This document shows, piece by piece, positions 29,006 through 39,105 of a DNA stretch of 64,000 nucleotides. The notes under the pieces are model-generated. The model saw only the letters and a list, made by a program, of their open reading frames with translations, was not told the origin of the DNA and searched no databases. The stretch's first letter is position 1; each line of letters starts with the position of its first letter. This DNA comes from Paramoeba atlantica (Eukaryota; Protista; Discosea). Where the stretch lies: positions 62,001 through 126,000 of the forward strand of contig CDRNVI010000033.1 of the NCBI GenBank assembly GCA_977017575.1. Reading direction: 5' to 3'. The translations under genes were made by a program, and so were the position numbers.

Positions 29006-29476
29006 AGAACGCAACAATTCGGAAAGTAATTTTCTTCAGACCTTAATTCTTTTAGATTGAACGCAACAACGCTCCATAGGAGCACGTTGACACTGCTATA
29101 GGCGACTCGCGGTATGTTTTGATTAAGTAATGGACTTCGGATTGATCCGTAGACCAGGGCTCAGGACTTCCTCGATTCAATCATTCCCTGGGGACCTCGA
29201 TTCACTTAACACCTATGCATTAAGCTACATAGTCCCTAAGCACAGTGTCGCTAGACTTTCCTGGATTCTGCGCCTGTTATTTCTGCAATGAAACACTCCG
29301 ACCTTCCCGATGTTTTAGATGCATGATTCTTCCCGATGTAGAACTTTGTAGAAGTTCTCACGACATTATTTTTGAAGACTAAAAACGTACAGCATAGTAC
29401 ATAATAATAAATGACATACTCATATAGGCATAAAAGATTGTTTAATACCCCTCTGATTCATTTATACCGACTCGTA

Positions 29477-30454
29477 ATGTTGACCCTTGAACAAGTTTTA
29501 GCGCGCTCAATGCAATCTCAACGTCGTACAGGAAGGGCAGTAATACAACCCTCACAAGTACTGCAAAATGCTGAATTAAATGCACCAATGGCAAACCTTC
29601 AGAATGCTCTGAATCAAAAGTCGAAGTCTACGATCGAACCTTCCGCGAAGTTACATTCTTCACTAGCTCCTCGTCCGGCAGGCATTAATCTGCATTTGCA
29701 ACATGCTGGTATACTGCAAAACAGTTATGACTTAACTTCGGCTTTGAAGTCCGCTCGTGCTCTGGGGGATTGGGTTACGGCACTTTCTCTGTTTCAATCT
29801 ACTCTTTCTTCATCTGCTCTATATCGAGCTACCGTAGATCATTTTCAAGAAGTGATCAGATGTTTATCTCAGGAAGAAAAATTAGACTACGCTTTGCAAC
29901 TTCTAGTTGAGTATCCTGACCTTCGGTTCAAGACCAAGGAAGCTCCAGGTGTACCCAACTCGAAGAACCAAACTAGAAATCGTTTGTTTGCCGAACATGA
30001 TCGACCTTCTTTCAATACTCTTTTTTCCTCGAAGCAGCGCGTCACTGAAGCTCTTGACGAGGATCAAGGCAGAGATCTTTATCATCGTATAATGAAGGGA
30101 TATCTTGAACAAGGCTTGTGGGAACGTGCGCTTAGTGTAGCTAAAGCAATGGAGGTCCGGGATTTATCCCCCAAAGAGCTTACATACAATTTAATGATTA
30201 CGGCTTTAGATAAAGGGGGTCACTGGCAACAGTGTCTGGATGTCTTTGAAAAAATAAAAAGCGATTTGACTCCAAATGCAGTCACGTATGCTGCTGTAAT
30301 TAGTGCATTGGAAAATGTGCATCAATACGAAAGGGCGAAGGAACTTCTTTCGCAGGCTCCTAAAAAAGACCGGGACGCGATTCTGAGTTCCTATGCTGCC
30401 CTTATCCACGTGTGGTCTGCTCACCACAAGGGTCATAAATCGATTCGGGAGTAG
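29477..30454 (+). CDS. pentatricopeptide repeat (PPR) protein
   Basis: 35-aa helical repeats: TYNLMITALDKGGHWQQCLDVF, PNAVTYAAVISALENVHQYERA. Confidence 0.85.
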   Translation: MLTLEQVLARSMQSQRRTGRAVIQPSQVLQNAELNAPMANLQNALNQKSKSTIEPSAKLHSSLAPRPAGINLHLQHAGILQNSYDLTSALKSARALGDWVTALSLFQSTLSSSALYRATVDHFQEVIRCLSQEEKLDYALQLLVEYPDLRFKTKEAPGVPNSKNQTRNRLFAEHDRPSFNTLFSSKQRVTEALDEDQGRDLYHRIMKGYLEQGLWERALSVAKAMEVRDLSPKELTYNLMITALDKGGHWQQCLDVFEKIKSDLTPNAVTYAAVISALENVHQYERAKELLSQAPKKDRDAILSSYAALIHVWSAHHKGHKSIRE

Positions 30455-30831
30455 TCATGCCATCAAGTTTTTTTCCTGTATCATGGATTCTGAAACATGA
30501 CTAACATTTGTGTTGCAAGAAATATTTCTTGCACTTTATCTGTATATACGCAGAATGTCAGGACATTATTGTCAATGAAAGTCCTCGGTATTGAGTACCG
30601 AATGTTGTTCGGGAAAGAACCTTGCTATTCAACGAAGCAGCTAAAAATATTTACAACATTAGACCTCCAATTATTTGTCACATGAATATTCCCGGTATCA
30701 TTGAATGTCCCACTGGAACCCCACGATCGTGCAAATCTAGTGATCATTCGAAGCGACGCCGCGAGACAGATGCCTCTGCAACAGTAGCTGACGCAACGGA
30801 GCCAATATCTGTAACGAAATCGCACCGTATA

Positions 30832-31533
30832 ATGGCACCTAGTGTAGTAAATTGTGGTGACTTGAATTCCATGGATATGAAGAACATTGGTAAGGAAGTA
30901 GTAAAAAAGTTTACTGGAGAACTGGACACCGCTTTGGCTGAATTTTTAGCCACTTTTCCGACGTATTTCGAGTACTGTACCAAGATGATCTCTACCGTAC
31001 GTGAGTTGAATCCACGGCATGCATCAAAATCAGAAAAATCTCCAGCACGTGCTTCTGAGAATCTTGCTCAAGGATCCATGGAGAACCCGATATTTCCCGA
31101 CAATAGCCTTCTTCTGGTTCATCTCCGGCATCTACGTGGCGCCGCGCATGAACTGATCGTTGTGTTTGATTCTATTCAAGATTGGATATTGGTACATGTG
31201 CCCACTATTAAGGACGAAGACAATTCCGGAGTGGAGGTTCAAGAAACAGTTGTTGCACAGGTTGCAGGCTACTACAAGTTGATCAAGAATGTTTATACCG
31301 AGGAAACGGAGTATCTAAATCGCCGAGGGGAGCTCGAGACATCGATGATGAAGCAACCTAAAACGGTCTCTTGGCGAAAGTCTATTGAGGTTCAAGACGC
31401 CCAAGAGTGGGATGACATTGAGCATTGTTGGAGAGCCTTGGTTCGCGTCGTCATGTTGTGTCAAAATTTGTTAGTTCGAAATATGGAAAAATTAAAGGAG
31501 CCTCGCTCGATGCATCGCACCATGCATATCTAA
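30832..31533 (+). CDS. PA26: 11S proteasome activator, PA26/PA28 family
   Basis: Activation loop VPTIKDEDNSGVEVQ and C-terminal EKLKEPR; 233 aa from ATG 30832; upstream ATG at 30682 possible. Confidence 0.8.
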   Translation: MAPSVVNCGDLNSMDMKNIGKEVVKKFTGELDTALAEFLATFPTYFEYCTKMISTVRELNPRHASKSEKSPARASENLAQGSMENPIFPDNSLLLVHLRHLRGAAHELIVVFDSIQDWILVHVPTIKDEDNSGVEVQETVVAQVAGYYKLIKNVYTEETEYLNRRGELETSMMKQPKTVSWRKSIEVQDAQEWDDIEHCWRALVRVVMLCQNLLVRNMEKLKEPRSMHRTMHI

Positions 31534-32037
31534 CGATGCTGAAATAGGCGAGAAATATATCGAGTCGTGCATCATTCGCCAGATCAGTGAAATTAATTCG
31601 ATTTTTGCTTGAATAGGCATAGTGTGCGGATACAGTTTACCGTATGTTGCGTATGATTACGTGCTTATACGTACGTGTACGTCATAAAAATTAACATACA
31701 GATTAGGAGAGATATGTTAAGGGCGTTAATAAAAGAGCAGCTTTTGATTCCTTGTGCGATGTAAGCACAATACTAGTAAGCAACAGGATTATTCTACTAC
31801 GTAAAACTAATTTTTGGTGTAATTTTTCCATTCGACTCATTCCTCTCCAACATGATGCAAGTTATCGTTGCTTAATCATTCAAACTGAAAACATATGAAG
31901 CTAACCCACAAATAGCTGACAAGAAATAGTTTGAAACATGTATTGAATCAATGGAAGAGGTTGCATTCTGTTTTTATCTAAAATGGGTAGAGCATATTAT
32001 CTTTAATGAAATATCCCTTATTGTAAGCCACCCTTTC

Positions 32038-32619
32038 ATGAAACTTAAATCTGTGGAAAACAGTGAAATTCGCAAAAAGATAGTTGCGGGACGAAAGCGA
32101 ATCAAAGAAGAATCGAAACACAAACGAATTGAAAAACCAAAAGAGCCCTTGGGAGCAGTAGATCGATTTTTGATTTGGGGCATACCGATTTTTGCCACGT
32201 TAGTGCTGTTATCGGAAAAAAAATGTGATTATATTGTTATGGGAGCAATATGGCTTATGGATATATTCGTAATTACTTTTTTGTACACATCAGGGACAAT
32301 TGAGCGCCTCAGTTACGTATTTACGAATGTTGCTCTCATGATGTCTGGAGAGAATTTGCGCAATCTGCACTTGTTACCTCAACTTCTAACACCAGAACAG
32401 TGGGGCGTTGTTTTACCGGCCAATATGGGAGCCCTTTTCTGCATTTGGTTCCTGTGGATTCGTCGAACTTCTGATCCAGTGGATCAATCTCGCAAATGGG
32501 ATGTCACGTTATTAACAATGCTTAGTGCCAACGGAGCGGCCTATGCGTACAAGAACGGCATTACGCTCTACGAGATTGTTCATCGAGCTTCGATTTTGTT
32601 AAGATTAGTTGGAATTTGA
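32038..32619 (+). CDS. hypothetical multi-pass membrane protein
   Basis: Basic N-terminus followed by several hydrophobic segments. Confidence 0.65.
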   Translation: MKLKSVENSEIRKKIVAGRKRIKEESKHKRIEKPKEPLGAVDRFLIWGIPIFATLVLLSEKKCDYIVMGAIWLMDIFVITFLYTSGTIERLSYVFTNVALMMSGENLRNLHLLPQLLTPEQWGVVLPANMGALFCIWFLWIRRTSDPVDQSRKWDVTLLTMLSANGAAYAYKNGITLYEIVHRASILLRLVGI

Positions 32620-32688
32620 CCCACTGGAAGTAAGGGAAGAAAGATTTATATAGCTAATACATCGGTTAAAAACATGTGACACATGCTG

Positions 32689-32932
32689 TACCCCCCACTT
32701 ATTTGTTACACCCACATTTGTAGCTCCACCCCCCTACTTATTTGTACTTTTTGACGAAGCCTGAGAGATTTTTGACGGAGCCGAATTTTTCTTTTGATGG
32801 AGGGGGGCAGGCTAGTTTTTCTTAGTGGGCTTGCATCTGGGCAAAACCCAAAGTGGGGAAGTGAGGTCCGGACCTCCTCGTGGTCTTCCCTGGCACTACC
32901 ATGTTACTGATGGTATTAACGCTGACCTAAGA
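32689..32932. repeat. truncated family C copy
   Basis: CCCCCCACTTA and CACCCCCCTACTTA subterminal motifs, GACGAAGCCT, and a core matching 3534-3612. Confidence 0.6.
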
Positions 32933-33107
32933 ACATTCGCAACCAGATATTTTGAAGTATACAATGTACATGACATTGTTTACAACCTCTGCCTCTTTCT
33001 TCTTTATGGTGTGCGGGTGAGGTGAATCGAGGCGGGTGACAAATTCTCAAAAAAAGGTGTCTATGGTCGATGAAAGGCTTGCCGGCGATTTTCATTTTCG
33101 CCATGGG

Positions 33108-33177
33108 GTGTGATTAACCTAGTCGTTAAGCCCAGTGATCTAAGGTGGTTGGGTTCGATTCCCACTAACGGTATTTT
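33108..33177 (+). pseudogene. tRNA-like remnant / Pol III box element
   Basis: GGTTCGATTCC B-box/T-loop, A-box-like TAACCTAGTCGTTAAG, followed by TTTT; no complete cloverleaf or anticodon arm. Confidence 0.35.
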
Positions 33178-33684
33178 CGTACGGCTACATAGGGAGGAGC
33201 CGAGAATCGTGGGAGGTTCAAATATCATATCTGGACGATATCTGGACAGACAATTTTGTCAGTCCTTCTGTGAGGTATGACATAAGAGTATTTTCGGTGC
33301 GCTTTCCAAGCCGCCACGCAGTTGGAACCTGTATGAAACCCACATGTACATGTATGGTGAATTTATGAAACAGATATTATGTAACGCCTCTTCTTATTTT
33401 CATGATGATTCCACTTAGACTATCTTGTTTGATTTTGAATTGAAACAATCTTTGCAGCATACCTGAATTTCTACTAATGGGCTAAACTTGCCTTTTGTTG
33501 AAGGAATGACCTTCTGCCACAGCAATTGAAATATAAGCTTCACATGAGGCATGATATTTTTTTGATGCACACTATACAGTAAAGATATGAGGGTTCATAC
33601 TCATCCATAGGTTGTTTAATTTGCAATTTCTTACTTAAACTGTCGCCAGAAGCAATTCTCCGCTTTAGGAATTAGAACGTTTAC

Positions 33685-35901
33685 ATGCCTCCAAAGAAAA
33701 AGTCCAAAAAATCTGTTAGCAAGCCGAAAGATATCAGAACATGGTGCGGAGACTCCGACACGACAACGGAGCTCACGAAGGATGCGAAACGCAGCATATT
33801 GAAATCTAGGTCTCCTGCTCGATCTCCTTCCAAAGAACCTTTACAGGAGCGTGAAAACCATATTGAGCCATCTCACAGCACAGACGAAAGCACATCAGTC
33901 AAAAAGAATTACCGTACCTGTATGGCGTCTCGTAGTCTGCAGGCACGAATTCCAGGAAGTGGCCCTCCGATAAATGGTCATCCTGAGGCATTAACCGGTC
34001 TGACCTTCCTGATCACCGGCCAACTCGATACTCTGAGCCGTGATGCAGCGTCCGATTACATAAAGTCACACTCTGGACAAATGCGTACTGGTGTGACTGG
34101 TCGACTGTCGTACCTCGTTGTAGGGACTGAGCCGGGGGAAGCAAAGATTGCCACTGCGAAGCGACTTAAAACAAAGTGCATTTCAGAGTTTGAACTCTTC
34201 AAACTCGTCCAGAAGCTATCAGAGAATAAACCACAAAACGGAGTTGAATCTAGTACAGAAACTCCAAAGAATCGTTCTGTTCAATCACAAAGCAGCTCTC
34301 GTGGATCTCAGCCATTGAAAATAACAGAAGTACATGATTCAGAAGTCATCGAATGCAAGGATGATCCAATGTGGAGTGAAAAATATCGTCCTGGGAAATT
34401 GTCTGATTTGTGCTATCCAGTTGTAGCCAACAAACTAAAACATTGGGTAGAGAGTAGTGTCATAGGGTCTGAGGGATATTCTAAGAAAGCCGCATTACTA
34501 TCTGGTCCACCAGGGACAGGAAAAACTACGACTGTGCATGTTATCGCAAAGGAGTGCGATTTCGATTTAATAGAGCTAAATGCAAGCGACACTAGGAGCA
34601 GTTCCACGCTACATGAACAGCTTTCTGACGTTGTAGTAAATCAAGGTATAGGCAAGAAGAAAAAATTAATGATTCTTATTGATGAGGTGGACGGATGTGA
34701 TCGAGGCGGAGTTTCTGAGCTGATAAAGCTAATAAAAAAGTCTAAAGTGCCCATTGTTTGCACTTGCAATGATAGGTGGCACCAAAAATTGCGAAGTTTT
34801 CTAAATCATGTCGAGGACTTTAGAGTCACACGAGCTCCTTCTAATGTAATGGCGAATTATATTTCTAAAATCCTTAGGAAGGAAAATGTTGAAATTCCGT
34901 ATGTCGCGCTTCAGGACATTATTTCGATGTCTGGAAACGATTACCGTTCCGTATTGAACAATGTCCAAATGTGGATACGTACACAACATGTGTTCGATTA
35001 TCAAAGCGCGAAAAAAATTGCTCGGTCAAGTCAGAAAGATGACGAATTGAGCCTTTTCACCACTGTGGAGTCATTCTTTGGATCGAACATGAGCAAAAAA
35101 CTTCAGGAATATAGATCGCTTTTCTATACCCAAGATTTGACACCACTTTTTGTACAGGAAAATTATTTACATTACGACCCAAGTGGGATTACTGCAGCAG
35201 CCAGCTACATTGCTCAGGGCGACGTCTTTCAGCGAAAAATATTATCCGAGCAGCGTTGGAGTCTTTCAAATGCTCATTTTTTGTACAGTACTATGCTTCC
35301 GACCTTCGTTACACGCGGGCCGTACAACTCCTTTGCTCCCCCAGGGGTGGCACAGCATTACGATCGGGGACGTCCAGTTAAGTTCCCTTCCTGGCTGGGA
35401 CAGAACAGTGCTCAGACAAAAGCCTCGAACATGATACTTGGAATCATGTCTGAAGGTATCCTTCCACGAAGTTCCTCTGTTGTCGCTACGGAGTACCTTC
35501 CAGTCCTTCGCAGCGCGATAACGGCCCCGCTGGTGCATACCGACGACGATAACCGGAACGCTGCAATAGACAAAGTGTTGAAAACGATGCAATATTATGG
35601 TCTGAGCAGGGAAGATTGGGATTCAATAGTAGAACTTTCTGCTATAGGGAGCAGATGTCCGGCGCCAGATATTCCCAGTGTATTCAAGAGTGCTTTTACG
35701 AGGTCTTTTAACCAGGCCCATCCATTTCAATCTGCATCGAAGGCGTTATCCTACAGTCCTGTTGATGTTGATGAGGAGGATGAAACTCGAGGAAATGCAA
35801 ACGAGAAAGCAAGCAGTAAAAAGGTAAGCGCCAAAAGGTCATCATCTAAACCAGGTGCTGAAAAGCATTCGAAATCCCGTCGTAAAAAAGCTACAGAATG
35901 A
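33685..35901 (+). CDS. RFC1: replication factor C large subunit
   Basis: BRCT domain (GLTFLITG...YLVVG), WSEKYRP, LLSGPPGTGKTT, ELNASD, DEVDG, RFC1 C-terminal region. Confidence 0.95.
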   Translation: MPPKKKSKKSVSKPKDIRTWCGDSDTTTELTKDAKRSILKSRSPARSPSKEPLQERENHIEPSHSTDESTSVKKNYRTCMASRSLQARIPGSGPPINGHPEALTGLTFLITGQLDTLSRDAASDYIKSHSGQMRTGVTGRLSYLVVGTEPGEAKIATAKRLKTKCISEFELFKLVQKLSENKPQNGVESSTETPKNRSVQSQSSSRGSQPLKITEVHDSEVIECKDDPMWSEKYRPGKLSDLCYPVVANKLKHWVESSVIGSEGYSKKAALLSGPPGTGKTTTVHVIAKECDFDLIELNASDTRSSSTLHEQLSDVVVNQGIGKKKKLMILIDEVDGCDRGGVSELIKLIKKSKVPIVCTCNDRWHQKLRSFLNHVEDFRVTRAPSNVMANYISKILRKENVEIPYVALQDIISMSGNDYRSVLNNVQMWIRTQHVFDYQSAKKIARSSQKDDELSLFTTVESFFGSNMSKKLQEYRSLFYTQDLTPLFVQENYLHYDPSGITAAASYIAQGDVFQRKILSEQRWSLSNAHFLYSTMLPTFVTRGPYNSFAPPGVAQHYDRGRPVKFPSWLGQNSAQTKASNMILGIMSEGILPRSSSVVATEYLPVLRSAITAPLVHTDDDNRNAAIDKVLKTMQYYGLSREDWDSIVELSAIGSRCPAPDIPSVFKSAFTRSFNQAHPFQSASKALSYSPVDVDEEDETRGNANEKASSKKVSAKRSSSKPGAEKHSKSRRKKATE

Positions 35902-36436
35902 GATTTTGAATCCCATTTGTTATTAAACCAATTAGGCACATGTCTGCGTGATCAAATTTCTTTGTTCCGTGTTTTGAGATATACAGTACTTCAGCATGTA
36001 CTACAGCACATGAGCGTTAGTTCTGGTCTTGGCCTTCCCTAAATTACCACTACATCCTTTCGAATCTAGATACCCAACGCCAGCGGCGGAAATATAATTT
36101 CAGCGAATAGAATCGAAACCAGTATCAAAAAGCAAGGAAGTAATATCCAGTTCTTTAAGGTCCGTGGTTAGTCGAGATGCTGTTTTGAAATTACGTATGT
36201 CCAAGCGGGCGACTTTGAGTCCTTTCTCCAAGTGGCTCATATCGTAACTTTGTAGCATTTTTTGAATGGTACTTTTTTTGAACGGTACTTCGATGCATTT
36301 CTGGATGCATAAATCACTTTGCTGTGAGCATGTAAGCATCTTAAACTATTCATCTTAAACGAATCTTTCTGCTTTTATTTAGTTTTCTCTCTTTAGCTTT
36401 CTCTTCCTACTCGCCTGCTTTCGACTAATCTTATCA

Positions 36437-37069
36437 ATGAACCAGGGAAGGCGTCCACAATACGGGGGAGCACAAGGGCTAACTCACCCTAATGAATATG
36501 ACATACTCAGTAACCTGATGGTGAACTACATCCCATCACAAGTAGACGAAGCATATTTACGCCAAATGTTCGAGGCCTACGGTGTTGTTGACAGTGTGAA
36601 GATTATTCAAGACAAGGAAACCAACTCGAGTAGAGGTTTTGGCTTCGTGAAATATCGTCAGCCCCAGAGTGCTTCTCTTGCAATCAATAATCTCAATGGT
36701 TATGCGATTTTGAATAAACGTCTGAAAGTGGCATACGCGAAACCGGATGAGGCGCAGCGTCTTCTGCAGCATATGCAACAGATGGATTCCGCCGCGCCCT
36801 CGTCCTCTACTATCGCACCTTCGCAACAGCAGCCCTTAGATGCCAACCAATTGTACTACCTGCAGCAAATACAAGCGCAACAGTTGTGGCTCCAACAGAT
36901 GCAACAGGCCGTAGTGAACAACCAGCAGTCTTCTCCCGGTGTTGGACAACCTGCAATTAGCAGCTCCATGTTAAGTCCACAGCAACAACAGTTGCAACAG
37001 CAACATATGATGATGCTTCTGCAACAGCAACAGCAGTCGCAACCCCAGCAAAACCCAGCTCTGTCGTAA
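36437..37069 (+). CDS. UBP1: single-RRM RNA-binding protein, kinetoplastid UBP1/UBP2-like, Gln-rich tail
   Basis: NLMVNYIP...LRQMFE...SRGFGFVK...LNGYAILNKRLKVA resembles trypanosomatid UBP1. Confidence 0.8.
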   Translation: MNQGRRPQYGGAQGLTHPNEYDILSNLMVNYIPSQVDEAYLRQMFEAYGVVDSVKIIQDKETNSSRGFGFVKYRQPQSASLAINNLNGYAILNKRLKVAYAKPDEAQRLLQHMQQMDSAAPSSSTIAPSQQQPLDANQLYYLQQIQAQQLWLQQMQQAVVNNQQSSPGVGQPAISSSMLSPQQQQLQQQHMMMLLQQQQQSQPQQNPALS

Positions 37070-37520
37070 CTCATAGGACTCGTTGGTAAAGAGCTCCTAT
37101 TAAAATATATTTATTTCCCAGGGTATAAATTACTTCATACAATCGTACAACAATCGAAACTCTTCATCTATTATCTCAACTACAAATGTATTTTCCACAT
37201 AGGCACGTTTTCTTATTGATTAATTCTTATTATCAACACAGGCGTTACACGCGTTCTGGATCTATTTTTACTTTTAGTTTTTTAATATCTATCGCTTTCG
37301 AGAGGATTATTTTCACCGTAGTTTTGGTTTTCGATTTTAGTTTCACATTTTAATTGCATATTTCTTTTTTAATATTAGTAATATTATAATCACGTATCTT
37401 CGATTGAATAACCCAGCAGTATAACCTAACAGCACGGTTGGTTTAAAATTATAGTTCATACTGAACGTATTATCATACAATTTTTAAACGTATTGAGCAT
37501 AAACTCTTCTCGCAAGTATC

Positions 37521-38867
37521 ATGAATGAAGCGGCGGTAGTAACAAAAAAGAAGCAGGTGCGACGGGATAGAGGTCAGCAACTACAAGTGCGTAGCTGGGA
37601 TGAGTTGGGTACCGCAGAACTTGAGGAAAAGCTGGGTGAAATGGAACGGCAACGACAAAGGGCGGCGGAGGCGGAAGCGGAGGCGGATGCGATCGCAGAA
37701 GAAAACTCCGCGCGTGTTGTGCGCTTCGGAACCAAGCTGAGTGACAAGCTCCCCGCTCTTAATGAAACAGAGGTGTTCGTAGGAAACCTTCCATATAGTG
37801 CCACCACTCGAACTGTCCGGGCCCTCTTCCCGGGCGCCAGGTACGTAAATTTACTCTACGACGACCAGGGAAAGATGAAGGGATTTGGCTACATTGATTT
37901 TCACACCGTCAAGGACGCGGAAAACGCCTTAAAACAGCACTTGAAGCTTCAGATGGGTCAGCGTACTCTTAAAGTCGAGCGTCGTGTAGCCAGCGACGAT
38001 GACCACGACGCACGAAAATCCTCCTCCGGAAAATCTCGCAAAGCCCCTCCGCTGGGACTCTACAGTCTGAAGCAAGGCGCCGTTTCGTTTGACTCCGGGG
38101 AGTTAACCCCTCAAGGGATGCTTTCCCGGGCCGGGGGAGACGACCGCATGCCTTCCACTGCGGGCCCCTTCTCTCGTACGCTCTTTGGCAGTCGTGAGCA
38201 AGTCGATCTCGCACCCCCTCGTGCGGAGATTCGTTTCGGTGCCTCCGTGCAGAGTGCCGTACCCCCGGCTCGTACCCCAGGCGCGATGTTATCCCGTGAC
38301 ACGTTTGCCACAGCCGAGGGTCCCCCGACCGGACGCCTTCCTGCTGCCTTCTCCCGGGACGATTTTGGGAGCAAAGATGTGTCCCCGGAGGTGTCCCGCT
38401 CCGGGCGGGATTCCCCGCAGCCGATGCGGCTCGGGGGTACGGTGATTCGCCCACAGCCTCCACGACGACAAGGGAGTCAGGAGACCAAAGGGACACCCGG
38501 GGCCTCTGCAGGGTTCTCCCGTGAGGCGTTTGGTTCAATGCAGAGCTCCGGGGATCCGAGTGCGGCGCAGAATAAACGTGAAACCGCTGCAGACAGGTTG
38601 AATGAAAGGAATTTTGAGAATAACAATACATCAAAGGAGAGTGAAAAACAGCATCGAGGAACCGTGGGAAAAATTATAACTAAGGTTCGTGATGTTTTTC
38701 GCAGTAATACATCCGAGAGAAAAAACTATTCAGAAGAATTAAATGAACCCAACCAGAAAAGCATGACAAACGTCGACGCGACATTCCACAAGGCGATGAC
38801 CAAACAGTTTGATACTGTTAGCTTGCACCCCCGTTCAAAGGAGAATCCGGATACGGAAGGCGTTTAG
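37521..38867 (+). CDS. RRM protein with repetitive low-complexity tail (eIF4B-like architecture)
   Basis: VFVGNLPY (RNP2), KGFGYIDF (RNP1); repeated FSRxxFG motifs. Confidence 0.8.
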   Translation: MNEAAVVTKKKQVRRDRGQQLQVRSWDELGTAELEEKLGEMERQRQRAAEAEAEADAIAEENSARVVRFGTKLSDKLPALNETEVFVGNLPYSATTRTVRALFPGARYVNLLYDDQGKMKGFGYIDFHTVKDAENALKQHLKLQMGQRTLKVERRVASDDDHDARKSSSGKSRKAPPLGLYSLKQGAVSFDSGELTPQGMLSRAGGDDRMPSTAGPFSRTLFGSREQVDLAPPRAEIRFGASVQSAVPPARTPGAMLSRDTFATAEGPPTGRLPAAFSRDDFGSKDVSPEVSRSGRDSPQPMRLGGTVIRPQPPRRQGSQETKGTPGASAGFSREAFGSMQSSGDPSAAQNKRETAADRLNERNFENNNTSKESEKQHRGTVGKIITKVRDVFRSNTSERKNYSEELNEPNQKSMTNVDATFHKAMTKQFDTVSLHPRSKENPDTEGV

Positions 38868-39105
38868 TACTTGAAATATCGACAGAAACCCGAGCAAAAA
38901 TTCTAGTTGTACGTCTCTTTTTAAACATGAAAATGAACTTATTCATAAGCGTATGAGTCAATATTAACCCCTGCGCAAGTATAAGAATGTATTTCAACTG
39001 TGTATGAAAAGGTTATAGGTTTCCGTTTTTAAGCATATCGTACATAGTATGCATTTCTATTTATTAGTGGACGACCAAATACACCAACTCTAGCACAGAA
39101 TCACA

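Noticed and set aside
29060-29400. Possible snoRNA cluster in this and other long spacers (44770-45500, 46550-47180)
   Set aside because: Could not find paired C/D boxes or convincing H/ACA-like hairpins by eye; needs an Infernal/snoscan run
33196-33210. Minus-strand ATTCTCGGCT resembling the U2 snRNA 5' end
   Set aside because: Not followed by GCTAAGATCAAG or a branch-site pairing region
37521-38650. G-rich then C-rich pattern in the RRM gene as a skew island
   Set aside because: Opposite polarity and explained by Glu/Ala- then Pro-rich amino-acid content
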